Counted from the first letter of the stretch, positions 31,915 through 43,109 are shown. The stretch: 64,000 nucleotides of DNA from an uncultured Gemmatimonadales bacterium (GCA_963739455.1 CAVUAK010000001.1:1120001-1184000), one strand, 5' to 3'. The notes: generated by a model from the sequence alone, not told the origin. Program-made: numbers and translations.

Positions 31915-32767
31915 TCAACCGACACGAATTCCCCGCTCAATAATAACGACGAACAGGGCCGCGGCGGTGAGGTCGGCGGTTGTTCCGGGATTGCGCCGAT
32001 TGGCCGCGTCCCTGAGGCCGGCTATCGAAATGCTCGAGGCGCTTCCGCCCCTCATCAGTACGCACGCCGCCGCTTGCGAGCACCTCGGCGGCGTCCCGGC
32101 TCACGGCGTCTGCGGCGGCGCGCCCGAGCTTGCGCTCGATCAGGGTATCGCGCTGGTGCGCGAGGATCGTCAGTGACGTCTCCACTGCGGCGACGGGCCA
32201 CTCGAGGCCGGCGTCCAGGGCCGCGGTCAGGGCAGGTGCCGCCGTCTCAAACGTGATGGCAAAGTCAGTGGCATACTCGGAAGCGATGGCATCGCGGGAG
32301 GCGGCAAGCGCCATCGCCTCGCGCAGCGAGACATTCGGCTCGCTGGCCACGTCCTGCGCATCGGCCGACCCGAGACCACCGGGTGATGCAAGCCTGATCG
32401 CGGCGTAGGCCACGCGGGCGTCGTCGACGGTCGAGGACTGAAGCACCCGTCGCACCGCGTCACGGAGGGAGCCATCGCCCTTCCGGAGCATGCCGTGCGC
32501 GAGCGGGGCGAGGAGGAGGATCAGCCCGAGGTTGGTGTTCGCCGCCGTCCATCGTCGGGTGGCCTCGACCGCGGCCAGGATGGTGGCGCCAAGACCCTGA
32601 CGGTCAGCCTCGAGGAAGGCGGGCCCGATCGCGGCAGCACTCGCGAGGAAGTCCTCGTAGCGCATGTCGCCGAAAGCGCGGCCCGGCGACACGTTGCCCG
32701 GCTTGGGAGCGGCGACCTCGAGCAGGCATGCGAGCTGGACGGCACTCGCGACGTCAGCGGGTGTCAT
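31915..32767 (-). CDS. CitG-like triphosphoribosyl-dephospho-CoA synthase family (Orf7); frameshift near 32020
   Basis: ACLLEV.APKPGNV, NTNLG..LL.APL, DT.I.RK.G, NPGTTADL.AA.LF. Confidence 0.88.
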
Positions 32768-33658
32768 CGCGCGCCCCCCGGTCGATGCGCACGGCCTGCA
32801 CCGCGTGCTCCACAATGGCGCCGGCGACGTCCAGTCCGGTCGCCTGCTGCAGTCCTTCCCAGCCGGGGATCCCATTCACCTCGAGAACATACGTCGTGCC
32901 GTCGCTACCCGTCAGCAGGTCGACCCCGGCGTACTCCGCCTCGATCGAGGCCGCCGCCCTCAGGGCGAGCTCGGCGTGCTCCGCAGGCAATTCGATCGCC
33001 GTCGCGGCCCCGCCGCGCGAGACGTTGGTGCGCCACCCCGGTGCGCGGCGCTCGATGGCGCCGAGGATGCGCTGGTCCCACCACGAACGCACGGACGTCG
33101 CGCCCCTCGTGCGGAATCATGCGCTGCAGGTAGTAGACGCCCTGGATCCGCTCGACGGTGCGGAACACGCGCCAGGCGAGGTCCTCGTCGGTCGACGCGG
33201 AGCATGCCAAGACCCATGGAGCCGAAGAGCGGCTTGACGATCACGTCGCCGCCCAGCTCGCGGTACGCCTCCATCGCCGCGTCAGGGGTCTCGCAGGTGC
33301 GCGTGTCGGGAACGGGAAGCCCGGCCTGCTCGAGCAGGCCGGTGGTCCAGAACTTGTCCACGGAGCGTTCAATGGCGCGGGCCGTGTTCACGACGCGGAT
33401 GCCCCGCTCGCTCAGCTGGTGCAGGGCATCGACGCGATGGATGATCTGTTCGAGGGAGCCACTCGGGATGATCCGGGCGAGGATGACGTCGGCCTGCTCG
33501 AGCTCGACGCCGCCACTGCGCAGGCCGCGCCGGCTGCCGAAGGAGCCGACGAGGTCCTCATAGCGCGCCAGCTGGTGCTGGTGACCGCGCTGCCGGGCAG
33601 CGCGGTCGAGTTCATCGGTATGCCAGCCGGACTTCGATGCCAGCGTGACGACGAGCAA
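32754..33658 (-). CDS. RimK-family ATP-grasp glutamate ligase (Orf5/MyfA-like); frameshifts
   Basis: GWH, GSLEQI, VDK, KPLFGSMG.G, DVR.FVVG, WRTNVSRG, YAGVD, LEVNGIPGW.GLQ. Confidence 0.9.
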
Positions 33659-33661
33659 CTA

Positions 33662-34430
33662 CTACTGCACTCCGATCATGCCGCGGATCCCGCCGGACGC
33701 GAAGTTGGCGAAGTCGTTGCCGACCTTGGCAAACCCGGTGCTGCCGACACCAGCGACGAGCGCCGGCATCGAGCTGAAGCAGAGCTCCGCCTGGCGATAC
33801 AGGGTGGGCGGCGTGCCGTCGAGGTTCGAGACGAACTTGGTGAGGTCGGCGCGGACGAAGCCGATCGTCGTCTGCTCCGCGCCGACCAGCGCGAGGTGCT
33901 TCGGGTAGTACGCCTCGAACGCCTCGGCGCTGGCCGGGGTGCCGTACATGACCGTCGCGAGGACGGGGCAGGGCGTGTCGCTGGCCGTGCCGGTCTCCTC
34001 GGCGATCATGGCGATGAGGCCGTCGGGCGCCACGAAGTTCTTGAAGTCGTCGCCCGACCGCCTTGAAGCCGGCGGTTGCAATACCGGCCTTGAGCGCGTC
34101 CATCGACGGGAAATACAGCTCGGCCTGGCGGTAGTACTCCGACTTCGTGCCCTGCAGCGACGAGACGAACTTCGTCACCTCCGCCCGCGTGAAGCCGATC
34201 TCCTGCTGGTGGTCGCCCACGATCTTGAGGTGGGTGGGATAGTACTTCTCGAACTTGGCGGTGTCCTTGGGCCACTTGTAGATCACGGTCACGATGGCCT
34301 GCGGCGGTCGGCGGCGGGGTGACGACGGTCGCCGTCGTGTCGGCGGCCTTGGCGCGCCTCCTTGGTCGGTGCCGCAGGCTGCCGCGAAGACGGCAGCGGC
34401 GAGAATGCAGGTACCGGTCAGGCTACGCAT
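33662..34430 (-). CDS. Lipoprotein with two EthD-like domains; frameshifts
   Basis: Lipobox FAAAC; duplicated motif TV.Y..P.....FE.YY..HL..V.....IGF.RA..TKFVS.L.G.....YRQAEL.F.SM.AL.AG....GF..V..DF.NF. Confidence 0.75.
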
Positions 34431-34462
34431 GTCCAACTCCTGGGTGAGAACGAGGTCCGCCG

Positions 34463-35425
34463 TCAGGCGGGATAGCACGACGCACGCAGCACATCCTGGT
34501 TGAGCTGCCCGGCGTGAAAAGTCCGACCACTTTCCGTGCTGGTCAGCCGCACCTCGCGCGGGGCTGAAGAGCAGCGGGTCGATGGCGTAGAAGTCCTTGT
34601 TGTAGCGCTGGAATATGTCGAAGAACGGCGTCCCGTAGTCGCGCGATGCCGAGGCGGGCACCTTCGGGGCCAGTTCCTCGAGCTCGGCATCGCTCGCGCG
34701 CACGGTGAAGTGCACGCTCCCGCCATACAGGATGCAGTCGTTCGTGCGCCCGATCGCCCGCACGTCGCTCTTCGCCACCGGCGGGAGCGGTGCAAAGCCA
34801 ACCGCGCTCACCACCTTCGAGAGATCGAAGTGCAGCTGCTCGATCTTGTGCATCGCGGTCTCGACGACGCGGGCGGCGATCTGTACACCGCCGGCAATGC
34901 TCGCCGTCGGCGCCACGAGGAAGGTGAGCTGGCTCGGCGCGAGCTTCGCCTTGGCCGGCAACCCACTCCGCCACCGCCTCGTTCGGAAGCTGGCGACCCT
35001 CGAGGACGAGTACGCCGTGTTCCGCAGTCTCGGCGTAGCCGATCTTGCCGAACAGCTCCTTCTCCACCCGTGCATGCGCCCGGAGTGGTCCCGACCCCAT
35101 GGCGAAGAACCCCTCGGGCGAGATGGCCCAGCCGGCATACTGTGACGCCATGCAGCTGACCATCGGGTGGTCGGTCCAGACGGTGAGCCCGGGCCAGGAC
35201 TCGTTTCCGATCGATCACCGGCCCGAGCGCAATATTGCCCAGCCCGCCCATGCAGATCTCGGAGAGCGCGAGACCGGCATCGTAGCCGCCGGGCACATGC
35301 ACGCCGCAGTCGATGACGCGGGCGCCGTTCGCGAGGGTGTGCACCTCGCAACGCAGCAGGTCGGCATGTTCAGCCACGCCATCCGCGATGTCGCTCGCAA
35401 GTTCACCCATGCCAAGCGCCTTCAT
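34463..35425 (-). CDS. mch: Methenyl-H4MPT cyclohydrolase; frameshifts
   Basis: IDCGV...GG, EICMGGLG, SQYAGW, MGSGP.RA, APT.S.AG.VQI.ARVVET..HK, GRTND.ILYGG, FY.IDP.LFSPA. Confidence 0.93.
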
Positions 35426-36246
35426 GCGGGACTCCATGCGAGAATCTCTCCCCTGCCGGTCTCGGCGAAATCGCCGCTGTAGCGGCGGAACCGGCCATCG
35501 ATGTGTTCTGCCGTCACCGGGAGCCCGTGCACATCGCGCAGGCGCCGGAGCAGCAGGCGAAGGTAGACGGGCTGGATGACGCAGGCATAGCGATAGGTGG
35601 CAGACGGCTCCACCGACCCGAGACAGACGAGGGAGCCGCGCTTGTTCCACAGCGCCGCGTCGGGGCCGGTTGGGCCGCACGCCACCACGGTGCCCGCGAT
35701 GCTCGAGAGCAGTGTGCAGCGACCCGTGCGTACCACCGACCGCTACGAGTCCGCGACGCATGCTGGCACCGGTTTCGTCGCCAGCACTGCCCAGCACCAC
35801 GAGCTCGCCACCGGTCATGCCGCGCTTGCTTCCGGGTGCCGCGGCCCCGGTGCGGTGGCCGGCGTTGCCGCGAACTACGATGACGCCACCCGACATGCCC
35901 TTCGCCGGTGGAATCTCCGGCGTTGCCGGCGATCTCGAGACGGCCGCCGCGAAGGCCAGCCCCGGCACGATCACCGACAGGGCCATCGACGCGCATGGCT
36001 CCTTCCGCCAGCCCGGCACCGACGCGCTCAGCCAGCTGCAGGTCGCCGGCGAGCGTCACGGTGCCATCGGGCGTGCCTTCGACCGCGAACAGGTCGCCCA
36101 GGGGCACGGGGCCGGAGCGAGGCGACCACACCTCGCGACGGGCAACGTCGGCAGCACTGGCGCCAGCCCACGGCGCGGCGAAGGCTGGACCAAGGTTGAC
36201 TCCGCTGGCCGAGTGGCGCGCGCAGGGTCAGTCTCAGTCCGCTCAT
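35422..36246 (-). CDS. fhcC: Formyltransferase/hydrolase complex subunit C; frameshifts
   Basis: LGDLF.V.G, beta-helix GxxMxGG repeats, GM.GG...V.G.AG, MRRG, C-terminal GD....GRGEIL. Confidence 0.88.
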
Positions 36247-37145
36247 GCGCTCGTGCCGCCCATGATGTTGCGCAGCTTGAAGTGATGCGGACCGAGCTTG
36301 CCGCCGTAGTTGCCGGCAGTGATCGACACGACGCCGGGACGGCAGGCCGCGTCGATCCCGGCGCGCATCGACGCACTGATCGCAGCCGCGTCGAGCCCGT
36401 TGACGACGATCTCGAGCACCGAGTTCACGGTGTCCGGTAGTGCCGTGGCGGTGATCGCGCGCAGGGTGGGACAGTACGCGTCGTTGGTGGAAGCGATCAT
36501 CGTCTTCGAGGTCTTGCTGCCCACCTTGGAGCCGCTCCGGACCACGCCGCCCGGAAACGGCAGGATGATGCCCGGCATGCCGTGCATGGCATCGACCGCT
36601 GCTTCGGCGGCGGCGAGGGCCTTGTCGGCGTCTTCAGCGAGGATCAGGAAGTTCCCGCCGCCGACGCACTTCACCATGCCAAAGGTCTCTGCGACCAGGA
36701 ACTCGCCTTCCATGACGGGGATGCGCCAGAATCGCTGGCCGCCGATCACCTTGCTCGCCTGGAAGCCATCACCGAAATAGCGGAGGGCGGATCCAACCTT
36801 GAGGCGGTCGGGCGCATCGGGAAGACCGTCATAGCAGGCGGTGGTGGGACAGGTCAGGATGGTCTGCCCGACCCGCTCGATGAGGCGCTTCGCCAGCTCG
36901 TCCTTGGACATCACCATCAGCAGGATGCTCACACCGGGCCGCCCATCGGGCGTCTCAGTCTCGGTGAGCTCGCGCTCGATGCCCGCCTCGCACTTGCAGC
37001 CGATGACCGAGGTGGCAAAGCCGGTGAGCTTCAGCGCGGCCTCGCGCACCCAGCGCGCCGAGCGCGCGGTGATGATCAGCCGCGCCGAGCGCATGGTGAA
37101 TGCCTCGGCGAAGGTGTCCTCGATAAAGACATTGCGGATCTTCAT
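36243..37145 (-). CDS. fhcD: Formylmethanofuran:H4MPT formyltransferase (FhcD/Ftr)
   Basis: IEDTFAEAF, GFATSVIGC.CEAGIE, TPDGRPG, RVGQ.ILTCPTTA, PFPGGVVRSGSK, AGNYGGKLG. Confidence 0.95.
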   Translation of the reverse strand: MKIRNVFIEDTFAEAFTMRSARLIITARSARWVREAALKLTGFATSVIGCKCEAGIERELTETETPDGRPGVSILLMVMSKDELAKRLIERVGQTILTCPTTACYDGLPDAPDRLKVGSALRYFGDGFQASKVIGGQRFWRIPVMEGEFLVAETFGMVKCVGGGNFLILAEDADKALAAAEAAVDAMHGMPGIILPFPGGVVRSGSKVGSKTSKTMIASTNDAYCPTLRAITATALPDTVNSVLEIVVNGLDAAAISASMRAGIDAACRPGVVSITAGNYGGKLGPHHFKLRNIMGGTSA

Positions 37146-37146
37146 G

Positions 37147-38791
37147 TCAGTCGATGCCGAGCGGCCCGTTGGGCAGCCCCTGCACGGGGTAGTGGTCGAA
37201 CTGCACCGTCGAGTACTGGTCGAAGTGCGACCGCAGGCCGGGGACGATCGCCTCGTCGTATCCGGGGCGCAGGTACAGGCGCCGGCCGGTCGGCGTGCGC
37301 CGGAGCTGACCCTCTTCCACCACGAGCTCGCCCTGCTTCACCACGTAGCGCGGGCTCGCAAACATCTCCGCGATGTCATCCTGCCGGGTATAGATGGTCA
37401 CGTCGGCATCGGCGCCAACGCCCAGGTGTCCCTTGTGGCGCAGGCCGAGGAGGCGCGCCGGCCCAGCGCGGGTGATGATGGCGATCTCTCCCAGCGTGAA
37501 TTGCCGGTCGAGCCCATCGAGCAAGGCACTGCCCGCCAGGAATTTCTGGTTGACCAGCTTGAGGCGCTCGTCGCGAGCGGTGCGGTCCATGAGCAGCTGG
37601 ATCAGCTGCGGGATAGGCCAGGAACGACCCGCCGTTCGGGTGGTCGGTGGAGAGGACCACCCTCCAAGGATCCTTCGCCAGCAGGAAGAGCTCGAGGCCG
37701 ATCGCCCACTGCAGCGCGGAGACCGCCGCCTTCTCCTTGTACTCGAGCGGCACGATTCCGCAGCCTGTCTCCAGCTCGACGTCGATGTTGACCCACTTCC
37801 GGCCGCTCGACTTGTGGAGCAGGTACTCCACCGGCCCGTCGGCGGTGACGGTGGTGGCGGGACCGAACATGACCTGTCCCACGTCCACGCTCAGCTCGGG
37901 GTGGACGTTGATCCAGTCGGAGAGCTCACGAGCCGCCGACTTCCATCCACCCCCGGCACCGTACGCATGGAACTGGAGGTGGGTGAAGTGCGCCCGTCGT
38001 CCTTCGAGCGCCCTGAAGCTCTCCATGGTGGTCGTCACGTTGCCGGGCATGCCGAGGTTGTTGGCATGGATGTGCACCGGATGCGGCAGGGCCAGCGTGT
38101 TCGCGGCGTCGGTGAGCGTCTCGAGGATGCCGCGCGCCGTGACCCGGGAACTGCCGAGCGGCTCGTCGAGCCCGGTGATGTTCCGCTGCGGCGTCTTCCA
38201 CGCCTCGACGCCACCCGGATTGACGATCTTGATCGCGTATCCGCCCGTGGCGCCGAGGAGCCACGCCGCGTAGTCGCGCGCGCGGTTCCGCTCGCCGGCA
38301 TCGATCAGCTTGAGGAGGTAGTCATCGTTCCCCATCAGCACGAAGCACCCGGCATCGATGCACGGCGTGTCGCTCATTTCGTGGTGCGTGTGCCGCGCCG
38401 TGAGCGGGGCAATGGCGGCATCGAATACCGTGGTGTAGCCGAGGCCGGCGTAGCGATACCCGGTGGTGAAGGTGCTCGGAACGGTGCCACCGGTGCCCGA
38501 GCGCCCACTGTGACCCCCGGCCAGGCGGGGTGCCGGTGCCGGGTCGGCGCTGTGCTCTTCAGGCAGGAGGCGGCGCGCATGATTGCAGCTCGAGCTGGCA
38601 ATATGACTGTGAATGTCCACACCACCCGGCATCACGATCATGCCACGCGCATCGAGTACCGGTGCGCCGGCGGGCAGGTCGGCCACGACGCGGCCATCCG
38701 CGATGCAGATGTCCCGCACGTCACCATCGATCCCGTTGGCGGGATCGTGGACCGTGCCCCCGGCAATGCGGAGCGTGGACAGCGGCGTCAT
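37147..38791 (-). CDS. fhcA: Formyltransferase/hydrolase complex subunit A (amidohydrolase); frameshift near 37605
   Basis: MPGGVDIHSH, GY.YA.LGYTT, KIVNPGG, PH..H.H.NNLG.PGN, THLQFH, STDHPNGG, TR.GPA.LLG, GADAD. Confidence 0.94.
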
Positions 38792-40040
38792 GCCGTCGCC
38801 TCGCGGAGGAGATTCTTCACGGCTTCCTCGAGCGCGACAAGCACCGTGACCGCCGTGCGGGAACCATCGAGCACGGGAGTCAGTGGCAGCGGAATGTCGT
38901 CCATGCGATAGGCCGTGCCCCCTTCATGGATACCGGCGCGCCCGGTGTCGATGGCGACGCGCGGATCGCCCGGGGCCTCGCTTGCTCCCGGTCCGATCAC
39001 CACGGTCGGAATGCCGGTGAGCGCGGGCAGGTTGCGCCAGTCACCGAGGACCAGCGCGACGTCGACACTGGCGAGATCATCCAGGCCGCGCCGGTCGAGC
39101 GGAGTACGATGGTGCGCCGCTGCGGAAGTCGACCGCGAAGGGGAAGCCCGCCTGCCAGGTCAGCAGCGACTCGACGCCATTGCGGTTGTCCCCGTTCCGC
39201 AGCGTGTAGAGTGCCGCGCGGGTCGGGCCATTCAGCGCCTGTGCCAGCGCGACCAGTCCCTCGGCTCGCTGCGACGGGCGCGCCGCGTCGCCATCCTCGC
39301 CCCCAGCCACGATGGCCACGTATTTCGCCGCCACGAGCCGCGCAGCCAGCTCGGCCAGGCCGGCAAGCTTCGCGGCCTCGGGCGCGCTGCCGCCGGCAAC
39401 AACGGAGCGGAGCATGCTGAGCGCCGCGAGTTCTCCCTCGGCTGGCAGCTGAAGCGTCGCGTCGGCACCATCGACGTCGCCGTCGGTAGCAATGCGTACG
39501 CTCACGACGGCGCGCGATGCGCGTCCACCGGGGACATGCGTGCCCTTGGCATTGACCAGGCGCTCGATGAGCCGTGGATGCGTGCGAGCCGGGTCGGCAC
39601 CCCAGAAGAGGACGAAGTCGGCGCGGTTCTTGAGTTCACCGAGCGTTGCCGCGGCCCGGCCGCGCCGCTGTCCTGCGAGGATTCCCGCCGCGGCGGCGCC
39701 GCTCGTTGCGGTGTCAGTCGGCCGCATGCAGGCGGTCGGCGATCGACACGGCTGGCTTGAGCGCCTCGATGGTGAGGCCGGGCCCGAGGCAGACCAGTAC
39801 GCGACCGCGGGAACCGGCGAGCATGGACGTGGCGGCAGCGATCGCCGCCTCGAACGTGACATCCTTGCCGCCGGCGCGGATGCGATCGGGCACGACGCCG
39901 GAGCCCAGCCATGCGCTCCCAAGTGAGCAGGCAGGCAGGAGATCGGCGACGCCGTTGCCGCGGACGGCAACCGTCACGTCATCACACAGCAACCCGCAGC
40001 CGAGGCAGGTGATGCCGACCCTCCGCTCGGCGTTGCTCAC
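38788..40040 (-). CDS. fhcB: Formyltransferase/hydrolase complex subunit B (FwdB-like); frameshifts
   Basis: CLGCGLLCDD, TLGE.KNRAD...FWG.DP..THPR, W..GFP..VDF, G..E.GTAYRMD.IPL.L. Confidence 0.9.
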
Positions 40041-41179
40041 GATGTACACGCCCGCACTATCGATGCAGCGCCTTCCCTGAGTGCGCCGTAGCAGCCCTCG
40101 GCGGATGCGCCGCTCGCGAGCACCGTGCAGATGGGGGCTCCCCGTGGCACGACGCTCCCGGTTGCCGGCACGTCCCTGATGTTGCCATCTACAAGCCAGG
40201 CGTCGGTGTTCGGCATGACACAGTCGGAAGGCGCGAACACGACGGCCTTGCCGACAACCCCATCCAGGGTGCCACCATGTGCGATGAGCGTGCCCTCGCT
40301 TCCCTCCACGTGGGCGGCAAACAACGGCACCGGCATTGAGGGCTCCACGAGCTCCGCCGCCGCGGTCCAGCGCGGGTTCACCTCGATTACCACGGCCGCA
40401 CCATCACGCGCGATAAAGTCGATCCCGTTCACCCCACGGAGTCCGAACGCGCGGGTGAGGGCCTGCGCAGCGGCCGTGGCATTCGCGAGCACTTCATCCT
40501 CCGCTGTGAGCACTGGCGCTCCAGCACTTCCCAGAAGATTGCCGCACCAGCGATGACCGGTTGCGCCGAAGGCGGCGTCACCGATGAGCTGGCGTGTCAA
40601 TCCGAGCGCCACGGCGTCATGGCCGTTTGCCAGGAATAGCAGGGAGGCTGGCTCGCCATCGACCCACTCCTGCAGGAACTCCCCATCCAGCAGCGGCTCC
40701 GCTGCGCGCCAGTGCCGGACACCATGGCCGCCGCCGCTGTGCCTCGGCTTGGCCACCAGCGGGCGCCCTGGCGCGCGGGAGGCAGCATCGCCGCTGCCGG
40801 CATACACGGGGGCCGCGTGAAGGCCAGACGCTTCAAGCACTTCGTGCACCCGTTCGGCGCGCCGCACCTCTCGCAGCACGCTGGGTGTGTTGCCGAGAAC
40901 TGTGCGACCGAGTGCGAGCCGCTCCAGTGCCTCGGGATGGTTCTCGAAGTTGGAGGTGTACGCCACCGCGTCATACGGCATCGTCACGTAGTCGGCCACG
41001 GCACCGGGCTCGAACGGCGCCAGGGTGAGGTGGCGCGCCGGCGCAGGCACTGCCTCGATGAGGTCCCGGTCCCCGTAACCATCGGCCGTGAGCACCTCGT
41101 ATCCCGCCGCGAGCGCCGAGCGCGCGAGCGAGCGGACCGACACTCCGGTGACGAGAATGCGGGGCAGCGACGTCGTCAT
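40037..41179 (-). CDS. ATP-grasp protein (OrfY/MyfB-like)
   Basis: G.SVR.LA.SA..AGY....D.YGD.D, KP...GGG.G, QE.V.G.P.S, G.NGIDF, IEVNPR, G.PICTV. Confidence 0.88.
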   Translation of the reverse strand: MTTSLPRILVTGVSVRSLARSALAAGYEVLTADGYGDRDLIEAVPAPARHLTLAPFEPGAVADYVTMPYDAVAYTSNFENHPEALERLALGRTVLGNTPSVLREVRRAERVHEVLEASGLHAAPVYAGSGDAASRAPGRPLVAKPRHSGGGHGVRHWRAAEPLLDGEFLQEWVDGEPASLLFLANGHDAVALGLTRQLIGDAAFGATGHRWCGNLLGSAGAPVLTAEDEVLANATAAAQALTRAFGLRGVNGIDFIARDGAAVVIEVNPRWTAAAELVEPSMPVPLFAAHVEGSEGTLIAHGGTLDGVVGKAVVFAPSDCVMPNTDAWLVDGNIRDVPATGSVVPRGAPICTVLASGASAEGCYGALREGAASIVRACTS

Positions 41180-42225
41180 GCGAGGTCCAGCGCGTGCCGC
41201 GCCGCATCAGGTGTTACGACGTAGAGATGATCCAGGGCGGTGCCTGACGCCTCCCGTATCCGCATCGTCTCCACCAGTTCCCGGTGCTGCCCACCGGCCA
41301 GCCCATCCGCCAGCAGTGCCGCGCCCTGGGCTCCCTGCTTGCCGTGTGACGCGAAGCCGGTGAGGTGCCGCACGGGGCCCAGGTCACCGAGCGCCGCCGA
41401 GAGTCGGTCGCGCACGGCCGGATCGGAAGCGATGCGCCCGGACACCAGGACCTCGCTGGCCAGTGGTGCAGACACGAGCAGTTGACGCACTGCCTTCACC
41501 GCGCCCTCGATGAAAGCGTCGAAACCGGCTCCGGCGGCATGGCGGTCAGAGGCCGCCACGGTCGTGACCCCGCCCTGGAAGAGCATTGCCTTGTCGACCG
41601 TGCCGGCGAGGTATGCCACCTCGCCGTCGAGCGCGCCGGCAGCCTGCCAGCCGATCGGTCCGCTGCTCCCGCCAATGCCGTCGACCACCTGGCCGTGCTG
41701 CACCGCGATCGCCGCGGTGAATGCGCCACCGAGCTCGAGCAGCACGAACGCGGTGTCCCGCGGATGCGCGCCCAGGCGATGCGCCTGGTCGTAGATGCCG
41801 AGCGCGGCAGCGCACAGCTTGTCGGACGGTGCCCAGGTCGATGCGATTGATCTTGCGATACTCGGGGACGGTGTCGAGGTGGATGACACCGGGCAGCATG
41901 ACCAGGGGGAGCCCGGCGTCGGCGAGTGACCGTACCAGCAAGCTGCAGCCCGCCGATGCCGCCCTGCTCGCCCTTCCGCGCGAGGAACGCGAGGCGCAGG
42001 CTGTGGTCGCTTGTCTCGGCGGCGCGGCGGAGCGGGCAGACCATAGCCCGACAGGCCTGCCACCAGGTCGGGGGCGCCGTGGACCGATAGCGCCGCGGCG
42101 AAACCGGCCGGATCGGCGAGGGCATCCGCGGTCGGCCATGATCGATCGATGACCAGCTGGCCGCCCGACAGGCCGCACACGTCGATCGAGACCGTGCCCG
42201 GGTCGATACCGACGACCCGCGGCAT
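41176..42225 (-). CDS. DUF1464 family (ASKHA/butyrate-kinase-like) protein; frameshifts
   Basis: VGIDPGT.S.D, SGYG.P, PGVIHL.TVP.YRK.N.ID.GT.DK, LELG..FTA, DG.GG, G..DGE.AY, KQ.AQGAA..ADG.AGG. Confidence 0.85.
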   Translation of the reverse strand: MPRVVGIDPGTVSIDVCGLSGGQLVIDRSWPTADALADPAGFAAALSVHGAPDLVAGLSGYGLPAPPRRRDKRPQPAPRVPRAEGRAGRHRRAAACWYGHSPTPGSPWSCCPVSSTSTPSPSIARSIASTWAPSDKLCAAALGIYDQAHRLGAHPRDTAFVLLELGGAFTAAIAVQHGQVVDGIGGSSGPIGWQAAGALDGEVAYLAGTVDKAMLFQGGVTTVAASDRHAAGAGFDAFIEGAVKAVRQLLVSAPLASEVLVSGRIASDPAVRDRLSAALGDLGPVRHLTGFASHGKQGAQGAALLADGLAGGQHRELVETMRIREASGTALDHLYVVTPDAARHALDLA

Positions 42226-42231
42226 CGCTCC

Positions 42232-43109
42232 CTACCCGTTCGACCCGGCCAACAACTCGCGGGCCACGTCGGCGATTGCCTCGGCATCGAGCACGAGGTC
42301 GTTCCTGGTGAACAGCCGCGCCACACACGCCTTGTGCAGCTTTGTCTTGAAGTTGCCGATCCCGAAGGCGCCGAAGCAGCGGATGCCATCCCGCAGCACG
42401 CCGGCATCACCCACCTCGATGCCCTCGATGCCGAGCGGCGGCGCCGCGTTCAGGTCGACAGCGACCTTGAGCGTGTCGTGCTTGAGCCAGGCCGACTTCG
42501 GCACCATCTGCACGCCGGCCGGCCCGGAGTTGAGCAGGATGTCCGCGCCCTCGATGACCTGGGACAGCGCGGCGGGGTCCGTCAGGGTGGTGGACTCGAC
42601 GGCGACATCGAAGCGCGCGCTGATGAACTGGCGCGCCTTGTCGCCCTGCTCCGGCTTGCGCGAGGTGATGATCACCGTCGACGCCGCTGCGGGCCAGGAG
42701 GCCCGCTGAGCGCTGACCCACCGGGCCAGTGCCGGCGAGGATGACGGCTTTCTTGCCGCGCAGGTCGCCCGAGCGCCTGCTCGATCTTGGTGACCGCGGC
42801 AACGGCGGTGGTGTTGGAGCCGTTCGAGTCGAGCATCACCGAGACCGTCAGCGGCTTGAACATGGCGTCCACCGCCATGGCGAGGAGCTGTTCGCCGGCC
42901 GTCATGTTGTTGCCGCCGATCCACACCGCGGTGTTCTTCAGGTCCTTCGACCCGCGCGTGAAGATGCAGCCGTGGATCAGGTCGCGGACGTCGGTCTCGA
43001 CCACGTTGCCGTAGCTCATGATGGCATCGGCGCCGGCGTCGTAGGCAACCACCTGGTCGAAGACGCTGGGGAGACGGGAGCTGTCGAGCTGGAGGAGGAG
43101 CTTCTTCAT
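42232..43109 (-). CDS. mtdA: Methylene-H4MPT dehydrogenase, MtdA/MtdC-like sequence type; frameshifts
   Basis: MKKLLLQLD...PSVFD.VVAYDAGAD, IFTRG, DSNGSNTTA, GTGPVG, D.NA.PP.GI.G, GA.GIG..K. Confidence 0.85.

Noticed and set aside
33612..35351. Apparent Mch-EthD fusion in the ORF track
   Set aside because: Produced by frameshifts; the EthD gene has its own AGGAG RBS, ATG and lipobox, and mch has its own stop at 34463.
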